Positions 14,474-24,469 of a stretch of DNA of 60,346 nucleotides are shown piece after piece. The position numbers and the translations under genes are program-made. This DNA comes from a virus. The notes beneath the pieces are model-generated. The model saw only the letters and a list, made by a program, of their open reading frames with translations. It was not told the origin of the DNA and made no database searches. The stretch's first letter is position 1. Every line of letters begins with the position of its first letter. The stretch covers positions 1 through 60,346 of IMG/VR virus record IMGVR_UViG_3300031825_000012; one strand, 5' to 3'.

Positions 14474-14935
14474 ATGCTACAGAAAGTCACGATCGCCTTT
14501 TTCCGAACCATCAACGGCAACATCTTCCCACAGAGCGAGGATGTGTTGGTTGACGCTCCGGACGGCGATTCGGCTGCCGTGCTTGCGAGGCAGGCTCACG
14601 GCCGGCGCCTGTTGGAATCCGGCGCGATCTGCGAGACTGACGAGCACGGCCAGCAGAGAATCCGGGCAGCCGTGATGGGCATCGAGCCCGCGTCGGCTGC
14701 CGACATCGAGCGGCTGACGCCGAAGCCCGAGCCGGTCTCCGAGGCGACGAAGGCTGGCGAGGATATGCCTGACGGCGGCCCGGTGATTGGCGTCTTTGAG
14801 GGCGCTGTGGTTCTACAAGAGCGGGCTATCAGAGCCGGCACTCGTACCGATGAGCCGAACGATATGAAACCCAAGAACAAGGGCGGCCGGCCGAAGGGAA
14901 GCAAGAATCGCAAGCCTGAGTCGGTGGCGGCATGA
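14474..14935 (+). CDS. Hypothetical protein (153 aa)
   Basis: ORF track; basic KNKGGRPKGSKNRK tail. Confidence 0.55.
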   Translation: MLQKVTIAFFRTINGNIFPQSEDVLVDAPDGDSAAVLARQAHGRRLLESGAICETDEHGQQRIRAAVMGIEPASAADIERLTPKPEPVSEATKAGEDMPDGGPVIGVFEGAVVLQERAIRAGTRTDEPNDMKPKNKGGRPKGSKNRKPESVAA

Positions 14936-15441
14936 ACGAGCAACTCCGCCTCTCCTATATTCGACGATTGATGCGGCGCGCGGAACGTCACGCGGCGCTG
15001 GCTGATAATCTCGAACAGTTGGCTGGCGCGATGGTCAGCGACGTTGATATCCCGGTCGGCTTGGTGCCTGATCGTTTTCTGGATACGCGACCGTTCGCCG
15101 AGGCTGAAGAGATAAGAGTCGTTTTGCGCGCCATCCGCTCTGGGGAAGAGGGGCGGCGGAGCAAGCGCGTTGTGGCGGCACTTCGGGAGCGATCAGCGGA
15201 ATATCCCCGGCTGGCGTTGGCGTTGAGCGCGGCGGCACTCCACTTGGAGCGCCATCCATGGCTTTACGCGGAGGCCGATGGCCTTTTGCGCTGGATTCAC
15301 GGAATTGATCATTCCGCCGCGCTCAACGCGCTCATCGACTTCGTGTCTGCGGAGAATCAGCAAGAGATAGAGGCTCGGGTTGTCCGCGAGGCCAATGAAT
15401 GGCACTCCCGGCATCACTCTGAGAGTGAACCAACCGCCTGA
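14932..15441 (+). CDS. Hypothetical protein (169 aa)
   Basis: ORF track; ATGA overlap upstream and TGATG overlap downstream. Confidence 0.55.
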   Translation: MNEQLRLSYIRRLMRRAERHAALADNLEQLAGAMVSDVDIPVGLVPDRFLDTRPFAEAEEIRVVLRAIRSGEEGRRSKRVVAALRERSAEYPRLALALSAAALHLERHPWLYAEADGLLRWIHGIDHSAALNALIDFVSAENQQEIEARVVREANEWHSRHHSESEPTA

Positions 15442-17795
15442 TGCTCTCCCCCCAGGCTGTCAAATCCATCATCCAGACGCGGTTGACGGATGCGCTGGGG
15501 CGTGAGTCGTCGGCCCTCAGTGGCTATCGAATTGACGCGCTGAAGCGCTATCGGGGCGAGCCCGACGGCAAGGAGCGTGAAGGCCATTCGGCTGTCGTCT
15601 GGCGGGATGTCTCGGAGTCCATCGATACGACGCTCCCACAGTTGATGAAGATATTTGCCGGCGGCGATCAGATCGGGGCCTTTCAGCCGCACGGTCCCGA
15701 GGACGAACAGGGCGCCGATCAGGCGACGGACTACGTCAACTGGATCTGGTCTACGCAGAACAACGGGCCGATCATCATTCATAGCTGGCTGAAGGATGGC
15801 CTTCTCCAGCGCCTGGGCGTCGTCAAGGTCTGGTGGGATACGCAGAAGCGCCGTCGTCGCGAGACCTATCGTGGTCTGACGAAGGCCGAATTCGACGCCC
15901 TGGACATCGGCGACGATGACCGGGTTGTGTCCGTCGATTGGCGCGACCCCGACGAGGCCGAGGGGCCGGATGAACCGCCGGAGCCTGCGGAGCCCGTAGC
16001 GGTTCCCACAGATCAACCACCGCCCTTGAGCCCGCTCGCCGCCGCTCAGCCGTCTGCGCCGCGCCCTGACGTTAGTATGCCTGCCGCCGCAATGCCGCCG
16101 GAGCCCCCTGCGCCGGGCATGATCCGCCGCCTCTTGGGTGCCGTGCTCCCGACGCCTGTTCCGGCCGCGCCCGAGAGAGTCGCCGATGTCGTTATCGAGC
16201 GCGTCGAATCCGAGGGCTGCGTCAAGATACAGGTCATTCCGCCCGAGGATTTCGGCTGTGACCCGCGCGCGACCTCCGACGAGGATATGGAATTCGCGTT
16301 CCATCGCTGCCGGAAGACCGTATCGGACTTGATCGAGATGGGCGTACCCAAGGCCAAGGCGCGGTCCCTCCAGACCGGTGACGATGACCTAGATACCGAG
16401 AAGCAGGAGCGCGACGAACCGGAATTCGGGCAGGCTGTCACGCACAGCGACCAGACGAACATCGATCCATCTATGCGGTCGGTCTGGGTCGCGGAGTGTT
16501 ACATCCGCGTTGACGAGGACGAGGACGGCATCGCCGAGTGGCGGAAGATCACGGTCGCCGGCCCGACGACAGGCGTTGAAATTCTCTTCGATGAGGAAGT
16601 GGACGGCCATCCCTTCTGTTCCTGGACGCCCTTCCCGACGCCGCACAAGCTGATTGGCGAGTCCCTGGACGATAAGGTCGGGGATATCCAGCAGATCAAG
16701 ACCGCGCTGATCCGTCAGGTGCTCGACAACCTGTACCTGACCAACAACCCGGGCCTGGGCGTGACCGAGCGCGTGAACCTCGGGGATGCGCTCGACCGTG
16801 AGATCGGCGGGGTGGTGCGGGTTGAGGACCAGGCGGGGCCGGTCGGCAATCACATCATGCCGATCACCGTTCCCTTCACGGCCGGTGCCTCGCTGGGCGT
16901 CATGGAATACATTGACCAGGCCAAGGAGATGCGGACGGGTGTCAGCCGCCTGACCCAAGGCTTGGACCCCAACGCGATCAACAAGACCGCGACGGGTGTC
17001 AACGCGATCACCAATTTCTCGCAGGATCGTCAGGCGCTGATTGCCCGCATCTTCGCAGAAACCGGATTGAAGCGCGCGTTCAAGAAGACCCTGGAGCTCG
17101 TCTGCAAGTACCAGGAAAAGGCCAAGGTCATCCGGCTGCGGAACAAGTGGGTTCCGATGGACCCGACGAGTTGGTCGGACCAGATGGATTTCACCGTCAC
17201 CGTGGGCATCGGGACGGGCAACAAAGACCAGATGCTCATGCATCTGCAACAGATTCTCGCCATCCAGGTCCAGGCCATCCAGTTCCAGGGCGGCGTCAAC
17301 GGCCCGCTCGTCACGCTGCCGAATCTCTTCAACACCGTCTCGAAGATGGTCGAGAACGCGGGATTGAAAGCGCCCGAGTTGTACTTCACCGACCCCGCAC
17401 AGGCCCAGCAGGCGCCCCAGCAGCCCAAGCCCGACCCGGCGATGATGCAGGCCCAGGCCGCGTTGCAGATCAAGGCGCAGACCGCGCAGGCTGACATGCA
17501 GCTTTCGCAGCAGCGGGCTCAGCAACAGGCTCAGTTGGACCAGCAGAAATTGGCCGCGCAGATTCAGGCCGAGCAGATGAAGGCCCAAGCTCAGATCGAG
17601 GTTGCCCGGCAGAAAGCCGCTGCCGAAATCGAGATCGCGCGCATGAAGGCCCAGGCACAGGCGGAAATCGACCGCATGAAGGCCGCGACCGATGCGGAGC
17701 GTAAGGACCGCGAGCTTCAAGCCGAGGGCGCGCTTGAGGCCGCGAAAGTCGCCTTGGGCCAGACCGGCCCCGCGAACATCCCGGCGCCGCAGTGA
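15441..17795 (+). CDS. Portal protein with a long Gln/Ala-rich coiled C-terminal extension (784 aa)
   Basis: Size and position after terminase. The C-terminal QAQAALQIKAQTAQADMQ... helix resembles the barrel of P22-type portals. Confidence 0.8.
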   Translation: MLSPQAVKSIIQTRLTDALGRESSALSGYRIDALKRYRGEPDGKEREGHSAVVWRDVSESIDTTLPQLMKIFAGGDQIGAFQPHGPEDEQGADQATDYVNWIWSTQNNGPIIIHSWLKDGLLQRLGVVKVWWDTQKRRRRETYRGLTKAEFDALDIGDDDRVVSVDWRDPDEAEGPDEPPEPAEPVAVPTDQPPPLSPLAAAQPSAPRPDVSMPAAAMPPEPPAPGMIRRLLGAVLPTPVPAAPERVADVVIERVESEGCVKIQVIPPEDFGCDPRATSDEDMEFAFHRCRKTVSDLIEMGVPKAKARSLQTGDDDLDTEKQERDEPEFGQAVTHSDQTNIDPSMRSVWVAECYIRVDEDEDGIAEWRKITVAGPTTGVEILFDEEVDGHPFCSWTPFPTPHKLIGESLDDKVGDIQQIKTALIRQVLDNLYLTNNPGLGVTERVNLGDALDREIGGVVRVEDQAGPVGNHIMPITVPFTAGASLGVMEYIDQAKEMRTGVSRLTQGLDPNAINKTATGVNAITNFSQDRQALIARIFAETGLKRAFKKTLELVCKYQEKAKVIRLRNKWVPMDPTSWSDQMDFTVTVGIGTGNKDQMLMHLQQILAIQVQAIQFQGGVNGPLVTLPNLFNTVSKMVENAGLKAPELYFTDPAQAQQAPQQPKPDPAMMQAQAALQIKAQTAQADMQLSQQRAQQQAQLDQQKLAAQIQAEQMKAQAQIEVARQKAAAEIEIARMKAQAQAEIDRMKAATDAERKDRELQAEGALEAAKVALGQTGPANIPAPQ

Positions 17796-18106
17796 TTGAG
17801 CGCGTTTCTGGGCCTGATGGCGATTACATCGTCTTCAGCACGACCGACTTCAATGAGGTCATCTCAGTGATGTGGAAACACTGGAGGCGCATCATTAAGC
17901 GCCATTACCCAGAGATTACATCCTGGGACATTCATAGAGCGAAAGACATCACGGCGCGCAACATGACGCGCGGGTCTGAGGCTGAATATCTGGAGAGCAA
18001 GAAAGGTCTCTGGGCTCCCGACGATTGGACATTTTACCGGCTCAAGCGGGCCGTACAGTGCGCTCATCTGGTTGCTTATCGCCGCTCGCGGATGATACCG
18101 GCATGA
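17792..18106 (+). CDS. Hypothetical protein (104 aa)
   Basis: ORF track; overlaps the portal stop. Confidence 0.55.
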   Translation: MIERVSGPDGDYIVFSTTDFNEVISVMWKHWRRIIKRHYPEITSWDIHRAKDITARNMTRGSEAEYLESKKGLWAPDDWTFYRLKRAVQCAHLVAYRRSRMIPA

Positions 18107-18330
18107 ACCTCGACCGCGCCCACGCCGCCCAACGTCTGCTGGCCGATACCGCCGTCAAGGAAGCTCTCGATCAGATCGAGGCGGACATCATGAAGGCCTG
18201 GCTGGCGGAAAAGACACCCGAGGCCCGCGATCAATTCTGGCATGACATCTCAGCCGTTCATCGGTTGCGCGCGAAGCTCAAGGGCTTTGCCGACGAACTG
18301 GTGATGGCCAAGCACAAGGAATCCAAATGA
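18103..18330 (+). CDS. Hypothetical protein (75 aa)
   Basis: Internal ATG of ORF 18025..18330 overlapping the upstream TGA. Confidence 0.5.
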   Translation: MNLDRAHAAQRLLADTAVKEALDQIEADIMKAWLAEKTPEARDQFWHDISAVHRLRAKLKGFADELVMAKHKESK

Positions 18331-19412
18331 CTGAAGCCGCTGCTCAGACTGCTCCGACCGCCCCGACGCCCTACGTTCCGCCCGAGGGCGCGGGCACCCG
18401 ACAGATCGCAGACGGCATCATGGCGCGGCTCGAAGCCGAGCGCGCGCAGGCACGAGATTCCGGCACCGACACGGTAGCCGGTGAAGACCAGACCGACCCG
18501 ACCCCCGACGCCACGGCGGAAGCCAGCGAAGGGGAGGGCGACGGCGAGGTCGAGACTGCGGAGGCAGATGCTTCCGACGATACAGCGTCCAAAGACAAGG
18601 GCGCCGCAGATCAGCCCGAAGAGAACCAGAAACTCTATGCCGTCAAGGTCGATGGCCAGGAGATCAAGGTCACACTCGATGAGTTGATCAAGGGCCACTC
18701 CCGAGAATTGGACTATCGACACAAAACCGCCCGCTTGGCAGAGAAGGAACGCACGCTCGATCAAGAGCGGCAGTCCGTTGCCAATCAGGTTCAAGAGATT
18801 CGCACCAAGGCCGAGGCACAGATCGCCGAAGCCATCGCCCAGGCTTCCGAAGACGCCTTGATCGTCAATCGCGGCGACAAGACCGACTGGAAGGCCCTTT
18901 CGGACTCCGATCCTGTCAAGGCTCAGACCGATTGGTTTGCCTATCAGGCGGCAAAGACCCGCGTTGACAGCTTCAAGGCCGAACAGGAAGCCGCAAGGAA
19001 GACCGAGAGCGAACAATCGAAGGCTCAGAGAGAAGCCAAGATCGCCGAGGAAGCCCGCAAGGCCGCCGAGAAAATCCCTGAATTCGCTGACCCCGCGAAA
19101 GCGGCGAAGTTCATCAGCGACATGCAGGGCTATCTCGCCGAGCACGGACTCACCCCCGACGAGATCGGCCGAATCTCCGACCATCGAATGCTGACGGTCG
19201 CCCGCGACGCCATGATGTATCGCCAGTTGCTGGCGAATCAGAAGGCAGCGGCGGCGAAAAAGGTAGAGGCCGCACCGAAAGTCATGGACGCCAAGCGTTC
19301 AAGCGGTGTGCCCGAGACCGACGCGAAGATCAAGAATCTGAAACAGCAGGCACTCAAAACAGGAAAGGTCAAGGACGCGCACGCCGCAGTCATGGCCGCA
19401 CTCAGGAGTTAG
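18327..19412 (+). CDS. Scaffolding protein (361 aa)
   Basis: Acidic, Ala/Glu/Lys-rich, coil-like, located between the portal and capsid genes. Confidence 0.7.
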   Translation: MTEAAAQTAPTAPTPYVPPEGAGTRQIADGIMARLEAERAQARDSGTDTVAGEDQTDPTPDATAEASEGEGDGEVETAEADASDDTASKDKGAADQPEENQKLYAVKVDGQEIKVTLDELIKGHSRELDYRHKTARLAEKERTLDQERQSVANQVQEIRTKAEAQIAEAIAQASEDALIVNRGDKTDWKALSDSDPVKAQTDWFAYQAAKTRVDSFKAEQEAARKTESEQSKAQREAKIAEEARKAAEKIPEFADPAKAAKFISDMQGYLAEHGLTPDEIGRISDHRMLTVARDAMMYRQLLANQKAAAAKKVEAAPKVMDAKRSSGVPETDAKIKNLKQQALKTGKVKDAHAAVMAALRS

Positions 19413-19418
19413 CCTCAA

Positions 19419-20366
19419 ATGACCGAGACCATCGTCGCCAATACTTTCCTCACGTTCTCCGCGATCGGCAACCGTGAGGACCTCAGCAACATTATCTACA
19501 ACATCGACTCCGTCGAGACGCCGTTTCAGAAGGCTATCGACAAGGTGAAGGCCACGGCCACTCTCCATGAGTGGCAGTCGCAGGCCCTCGCCTCGGCCGC
19601 CAACAACGCGCAGGTCCAGTCGGCAGACGTGACGTTCGCGGCCGTGACCCCGACTGTCCGCCTGACCAACCGAACCCAGATTTCCCGCAAGGAAGTCGTG
19701 ATCGGCGGCACCCAGGAGGCCGTTGACAAGGCCGGTCGTGAGTCCGAAATGACGTACCAGCTCCTGCTGAAGTCCAAGGAACTGCGTCGCGATATCGAGG
19801 TCGTGCTGACCGGAAACCGCGCCCCCGTGACCGGTGACTCGACCACGGCTCCGCAGCTTCGTCCGTTGTGCTCGTGGTATGCCACGAACGACAACCGCGA
19901 TGCGACTTCGGGCGCCGATGGTTCGACCACGACTGCGGCTACCGACTCCTCGGGTACCCGTGCATTGACCGAAGATCTGCTGAAGAACGTCCTTCAGCTC
20001 TGCTGGACGGCCGGCGGCAGCCCGGACATGATCATGGTCGGGCCGTTCAACAAGGGCCGCATCTCCAGCTTCGCCGGCAACGCCACCCGCACGATCGATG
20101 CCACCAAGGGCAAGCTGATCGCCGGGATCGATGTCTACGAGGGCGACTTCGGGACCCAGAAGGTCGTGGCCTCGCGCTTCTCGCGTGACCGTGACTGCCA
20201 TGTGCTCGATACCTCGCTCTGGGCACTGGCGACCTTGCGTCCGATGAAGACGGAAGACCTCGCCAAGACCGGCGATGCCGAGAAGGCAATGGTCCTGACC
20301 GAGTACACTTTAGAGAGCAGGCAGGAGAAGGGTTCGGGGATCGTCGCGGATTTGACGACTGCGTAA
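19419..20366 (+). CDS. Major capsid protein (315 aa)
   Basis: N-terminal GNREDLSNIIYNIDSVETPF...LHEWQ motif of an HK97-fold capsid family; position; followed by a strong terminator. Confidence 0.85.
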   Translation: MTETIVANTFLTFSAIGNREDLSNIIYNIDSVETPFQKAIDKVKATATLHEWQSQALASAANNAQVQSADVTFAAVTPTVRLTNRTQISRKEVVIGGTQEAVDKAGRESEMTYQLLLKSKELRRDIEVVLTGNRAPVTGDSTTAPQLRPLCSWYATNDNRDATSGADGSTTTAATDSSGTRALTEDLLKNVLQLCWTAGGSPDMIMVGPFNKGRISSFAGNATRTIDATKGKLIAGIDVYEGDFGTQKVVASRFSRDRDCHVLDTSLWALATLRPMKTEDLAKTGDAEKAMVLTEYTLESRQEKGSGIVADLTTA

Positions 20367-20390
20367 CCAGCAAGGTCTGACTGAAAGAGG

Positions 20391-20419
20391 GGGCGGTCTC
20401 GAAAGGGGCCGCCCTTTTT
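20391..20419 (+). terminator. Rho-independent terminator after the capsid gene
   Basis: GGGCGGTCTC-GAAA-GGGGCCGCCC (10-bp stem with G-T pairs, GNRA loop) followed by TTTTT. Confidence 0.8.
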
Positions 20420-20420
20420 C

Positions 20421-20744
20421 ATGGCACGAAAACTCTATCTCCAAACCGAAGGCGGTCTGGTCGAGCATCTGGTTGCGGATTCATCGGAGCGTGGCTCCTA
20501 CGCGATCCAATACCAGTCCGACGTGACGGCGAACATCGAAGAGAACAAGGCGCAATATAACGACCCCGGCCGCTCGATTGACGGCATGGGTCGCAAGGTC
20601 GCCTCGATACCGAACGCAATAGCCATCGAGTGGTTCGTTCGCTACGGCGTTGACGTGTTCAAGAAGGATCATCTTCCCGCCGTTCGTCGGCTCCTCAATG
20701 ACCCGGAGTGGCGATATTTGCGCTGCGCGCCCGGCAAACTCTGA
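20421..20744 (+). CDS. Hypothetical virion-module protein (107 aa)
   Basis: ORF track; starts right after the terminator T-tract. Confidence 0.55.
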   Translation: MARKLYLQTEGGLVEHLVADSSERGSYAIQYQSDVTANIEENKAQYNDPGRSIDGMGRKVASIPNAIAIEWFVRYGVDVFKKDHLPAVRRLLNDPEWRYLRCAPGKL

Positions 20745-20756
20745 AAGGACTTCCCA

Positions 20757-21182
20757 ATGTCTTCTGTCAACATCATGCAGAACACCAACGGCTCGGCTAC
20801 TCTCGGCAGCAGCCCCGACCAGGGTCTCCACACCGAAGCCGTCGAGTGGATCGCGACCTCGGTTGACAAGTATTTCTACATCGCTACCCGACCGGAGCGC
20901 GTGACGGCCATCACGGGCCGCACAAGCGTGGCCGGGACCGGCGGTGCCGCGACCGCGACAATCAGGAAGGTCCCTTCAGGGACGGCCCTGACCTCCGGGA
21001 CGGCCCTGCATTCGGGCTCCATCAATCTCGTCGGCACGATCGACACCAACCAGTCGTTGACGCTCTCTACGACCCCGGGCGTTCTGGATCTGGCGGCCGG
21101 TGACGCGCTGGCCATTGACTTCACGGGCACTCTTACGTCGGCCGTCGGCTGCGCCAGCGTCTCGCTCTCGCCCAAGGCGTAA
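20757..21182 (+). CDS. Hypothetical structural protein (141 aa), Thr/Ser/Gly-rich
   Basis: ORF track; position in the head module. Confidence 0.55.
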   Translation: MSSVNIMQNTNGSATLGSSPDQGLHTEAVEWIATSVDKYFYIATRPERVTAITGRTSVAGTGGAATATIRKVPSGTALTSGTALHSGSINLVGTIDTNQSLTLSTTPGVLDLAAGDALAIDFTGTLTSAVGCASVSLSPKA

Positions 21183-21193
21183 GGAGCCAGTCC

Positions 21194-21490
21194 ATGGCCG
21201 GAAGTCCGAACATCAAAACCACCTACCGGCCGGGGACCCATCAGAAGGTCGCCTTCACCGCTACGGCAGGCACGATCACCAATGGCGTGTCCACATACAT
21301 CACGACCATTCGCGTGGTCGTGACCGCTGCGGCCTATGTGAAGATCGGGAGCGCCCCTACGGCCACGACCTCAGACATGTACATGCCGGCGAACCTCCCG
21401 GAATACTTCACGGTCTCGCCGGGCCAGAAAGTCTCGGCGGTCCAGGCTTCGGCCGGCGGGGATCTGCATGTCACCGAAATGAGCCAATAG
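21194..21490 (+). CDS. Small structural-module protein, paralog A (98 aa)
   Basis: Shares ...IRVVV..(A/P)AY(V/I).IG..(P/A).ATTSDMYM....P..F...PG..VSA......G....VTE(M/L)(S/T)Q with the next gene. Confidence 0.6.
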   Translation: MAGSPNIKTTYRPGTHQKVAFTATAGTITNGVSTYITTIRVVVTAAAYVKIGSAPTATTSDMYMPANLPEYFTVSPGQKVSAVQASAGGDLHVTEMSQ

Positions 21491-21494
21491 TGAG

Positions 21495-21791
21495 ATGGCT
21501 CGGCCGGCTCCCCGACACTGGCGGCAGGGCACTACACAGAGCGTGACTTTCTCGCAGGCCACCGCTGCGGCCATCGCCAGCGGCGTCGGCGATCATATCC
21601 GGGCCGTTCGCGTGGTCGTCAAAAGCCCAGCCTATATCGCCATCGGCCCCTCGGCGGTCGCGACAACCTCTGACATGTATATGGCAAGCGATTCTCCGGC
21701 GGTATTCAGCATCGCCCCCGGCGAAGTCGTCTCGGCGATCAAGATCAACGCCGGGACCTCTATCCTCTATGTCACGGAGTTAACGCAGTAA
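21495..21791 (+). CDS. Small structural-module protein, paralog B (98 aa)
   Basis: Tandem paralog of 21194..21490, of identical length. Confidence 0.6.
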   Translation: MARPAPRHWRQGTTQSVTFSQATAAAIASGVGDHIRAVRVVVKSPAYIAIGPSAVATTSDMYMASDSPAVFSIAPGEVVSAIKINAGTSILYVTELTQ

Positions 21792-21792
21792 C

Positions 21793-22425
21793 ATGGGCCT
21801 CTCGTCATATTCGGACCTCAAGGCATCTGTAGCCCGCCGTCTTGGACGTTCGGGGGATACTGATCTGGAGGCCGAGGCTGACGACTATATCGATCTTGCG
21901 GAGGCGCGGTTTCAGCGAGAGCTCCGGCTGCGTTCGATGGAGCAGCGCTCGACCGCAACTCTGTCGAGTGCGTACCTGGACCTCCCGACGGACTTCCTGG
22001 AACTCCGGAACATCCAGCTCAATTCGGACCCCGTGCGAGCGCTCGAATGCGTGAGCCCCGAGCTGATCGACCGCAACTACCCGCAGACGACAACCGCCGA
22101 GCCCGAGGTCTACGCGATCATCGGCAGTACCGTTCAATTCGCGCCGTCTCCCGATCAAGACTATACGGTCGAGATCGACTACTGGCAGAAGATCACCGCG
22201 CTCTCGGATGCCAACACCACGAATTTCCTGCTGACCAACGCACCGGATGTCTATCTCTGGGCGACCATGGCCGAGGCCGCACAGGCGACCGGCGACAGTT
22301 CGCTCTGGCAGGAATATGAAAGCCGGCTCGGGGCGGCCCTGGACAAGCTCCGAGTCTTCGACCGCCGGGCGTCCTACAGCGGGGCGACCCTTCGCGTCCG
22401 GCCGCGACCGCAGAATGTCGTGTAG
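21793..22425 (+). CDS. Putative head-tail adaptor/connector (210 aa)
   Basis: Position and the N-terminal pattern DLKASVARRLGRSGDTDLEAEADDYIDLAEARFQRELR, typical of adaptor proteins. Assignment is weak. Confidence 0.45.
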   Translation: MGLSSYSDLKASVARRLGRSGDTDLEAEADDYIDLAEARFQRELRLRSMEQRSTATLSSAYLDLPTDFLELRNIQLNSDPVRALECVSPELIDRNYPQTTTAEPEVYAIIGSTVQFAPSPDQDYTVEIDYWQKITALSDANTTNFLLTNAPDVYLWATMAEAAQATGDSSLWQEYESRLGAALDKLRVFDRRASYSGATLRVRPRPQNVV

Positions 22426-22931
22426 TGGATCAGGCACCGTCGTCCACCCCGATGCCGGCGGGCCAGGAATCCAAACCGCCTCGCGAATGGGCGGAGTTCA
22501 TCACTCATCTGCTTAAAACCGATCCGAAGGGCTTCAGCAAACGACTGGCTGGCGATCCTGCGACGATCACCCTGACCCCGAAATCATGGAAGAAGATCGA
22601 GACCGTCGTTTCAGGCTTGCCCCTCAAGACCTACGAACATCAATCAGGCCAGCCTTGGCGCGATGATACGACCGCGACGGCCGGCGACTGCAACACATTC
22701 ACCTTCGCCAGGCGCCGCGCTCTGGCAGAGGCTGGCTTCCCTCTGGGAGCCCTCAGACCGGTTGTAGCCAATAATGATCACGGCGAGCCGCATATGGCCC
22801 TGAGCCTAGAGACCGACAAAGGCACATTCATCATCGACGGCACAACTCCGATGCTCCAGCCGTGGCAGCGCTTGCCCTATCAGTGGCGCTATAGGCTGAA
22901 CGGGCATCAGTGGGAGAAATTCACTCAATGA
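22425..22931 (+). CDS. Transglutaminase-like cysteine peptidase (BTLCP/C93-like) (168 aa; GTG start)
   Basis: GDCNTFTFARRRALAEAGFPLGALRPVV....GEPHMALSLETDKGTFIIDG parallels the Cys...His...Asp core of BTLCP. Confidence 0.55.
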   Translation: MDQAPSSTPMPAGQESKPPREWAEFITHLLKTDPKGFSKRLAGDPATITLTPKSWKKIETVVSGLPLKTYEHQSGQPWRDDTTATAGDCNTFTFARRRALAEAGFPLGALRPVVANNDHGEPHMALSLETDKGTFIIDGTTPMLQPWQRLPYQWRYRLNGHQWEKFTQ

Positions 22932-24460
22932 CCGATGGCGTTGCCGTAACTCCCAGCACAGCATCGACGCGCCAGACGATTGACACCGATGAGGTGACGC
23001 GCGGAGGGCAGACCGTCCAGCAGCAGGTGGTCAAGCTCTCGCTGGGCGCCGATGGTGCGTCGGATACGCTTGTCGATTCTGGACAGCAGACTTCCGCCAA
23101 TTCTCTCCCTGTCGTCCTGCCGTCCGACCAGACCGTGGCCGTTTCGGCGGCGAGCCTCCCCCTCCCTTCGGGCGCTTCAACGGCGGCCAAGCAGCCGGCT
23201 CTTGGAACCGCCGGCACCGCTTCATCGGATGTCCTAACTGTCCAGGGCATCGCCTCTATGACGGCCTTGGTGGTTGACGGCTCTGGCGTAACCCAACCGG
23301 TTTCCGATGGCGGCAGCACGCTGTCTGTGGACGATGGTGGCGGAACGCTTACTGTTGACGGCACGGTTGCGGTATCCGGAACGGTCACGGTTGACACGGA
23401 ACTACCGACAGCCGCTGCGCTCGCCGACGCTACGGCCAACCCGACCACTCCACTTGTCGCCGCAGCCATCGAGATTTTCAACGGCACAACTTGGGATCGG
23501 GTCAGGGGCGATACAACAAACGGAATCGACGTTGATGTGACTCGGTTGCCAGCCCTCGCCGCTGGCTCCAATGTCATCGGTGCCCTGACGGCTAATCAAT
23601 CTGTCAACGTTGCGCAAATGAATGGCGTCACGGTGACGATGGGTGCTGGCGCCTCTGGGACTGGTGTCCAGCGTGTGGCGATCGCCACTGACGGTCAGGG
23701 CCAAGCCGCAGATAATGCGGCCTTCACTGACGGCACGACGCGCCTGGATATGGGGGGGTTCATTTTCGATGAGGTTGCCGGAACGGCCCTCACTGAGAAT
23801 GATGCCGCGGCGGCGCGCGTGGATTCCAAACGCGCCCAGGTGTTGGTTATCGAGGATGCGACGACGCGCGGGCAGCGCGCAACGGTTAGCGCCGCTGGGG
23901 CCATCAAGGTTGATGGTTCTGCGGTAACGCAACCAGTCTCGGTCGCGGCTACCGTCAGCGTCAATAATTCCCAAATCGGCGGTAACGCAATCTCGGCCGG
24001 CAATGGCGCATCCGGCACGGGAGTCCAGCGCGTCACCATCGCCTCAGATAGCACTGGTGTTGTGGGGCTCAATGCCGGCTCCAATCTCGCGGGCCGCGTC
24101 AATCTCGATCCACAGACGGCCAACGGCCTTTCGATTTCTCGCACGATCTCGGCAGCCACCACGAACGCCACGAGCGTCAAGGCGAGCGCGGGGCAGGTCT
24201 ATCACCTCTTGGTGAGCAATACGAACACATCGGCCCGCTATCTTAAGCTCTACAACAAGGCTTCCGCGCCAACAGTCGGAACCGATACACCGGTTATGAC
24301 GATCCTCATCCCAGGCAGTGGCGGCGTCGCGCTCGATGTTGCGGCGATGGGCGCCGCGTTCGGGACCGGCATCGCGCTTGCCATGACGACGGGCGTTGCC
24401 GACAGCGACACGGCGGCGGTTGCCGCAAATGAAATCGTGGCGCATGTGCTTTACAAATAG
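22928..24460 (+). CDS. Tail fibre / receptor-binding-like protein with internal repeats (510 aa)
   Basis: Repeated GASGTGVQRV(A/T)IA and DGS(G/A)VTQPVS segments; beta-rich C-terminal domain; ATGA overlap upstream. Confidence 0.6.
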   Translation: MTDGVAVTPSTASTRQTIDTDEVTRGGQTVQQQVVKLSLGADGASDTLVDSGQQTSANSLPVVLPSDQTVAVSAASLPLPSGASTAAKQPALGTAGTASSDVLTVQGIASMTALVVDGSGVTQPVSDGGSTLSVDDGGGTLTVDGTVAVSGTVTVDTELPTAAALADATANPTTPLVAAAIEIFNGTTWDRVRGDTTNGIDVDVTRLPALAAGSNVIGALTANQSVNVAQMNGVTVTMGAGASGTGVQRVAIATDGQGQAADNAAFTDGTTRLDMGGFIFDEVAGTALTENDAAAARVDSKRAQVLVIEDATTRGQRATVSAAGAIKVDGSAVTQPVSVAATVSVNNSQIGGNAISAGNGASGTGVQRVTIASDSTGVVGLNAGSNLAGRVNLDPQTANGLSISRTISAATTNATSVKASAGQVYHLLVSNTNTSARYLKLYNKASAPTVGTDTPVMTILIPGSGGVALDVAAMGAAFGTGIALAMTTGVADSDTAAVAANEIVAHVLYK

Positions 24461-24469
24461 AGAGCATCA

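Noticed and set aside
16389-17720. 443-aa minus-strand ORF
   Set aside because: It is antisense to the portal gene, with low-complexity Leu/Arg/Gly composition.
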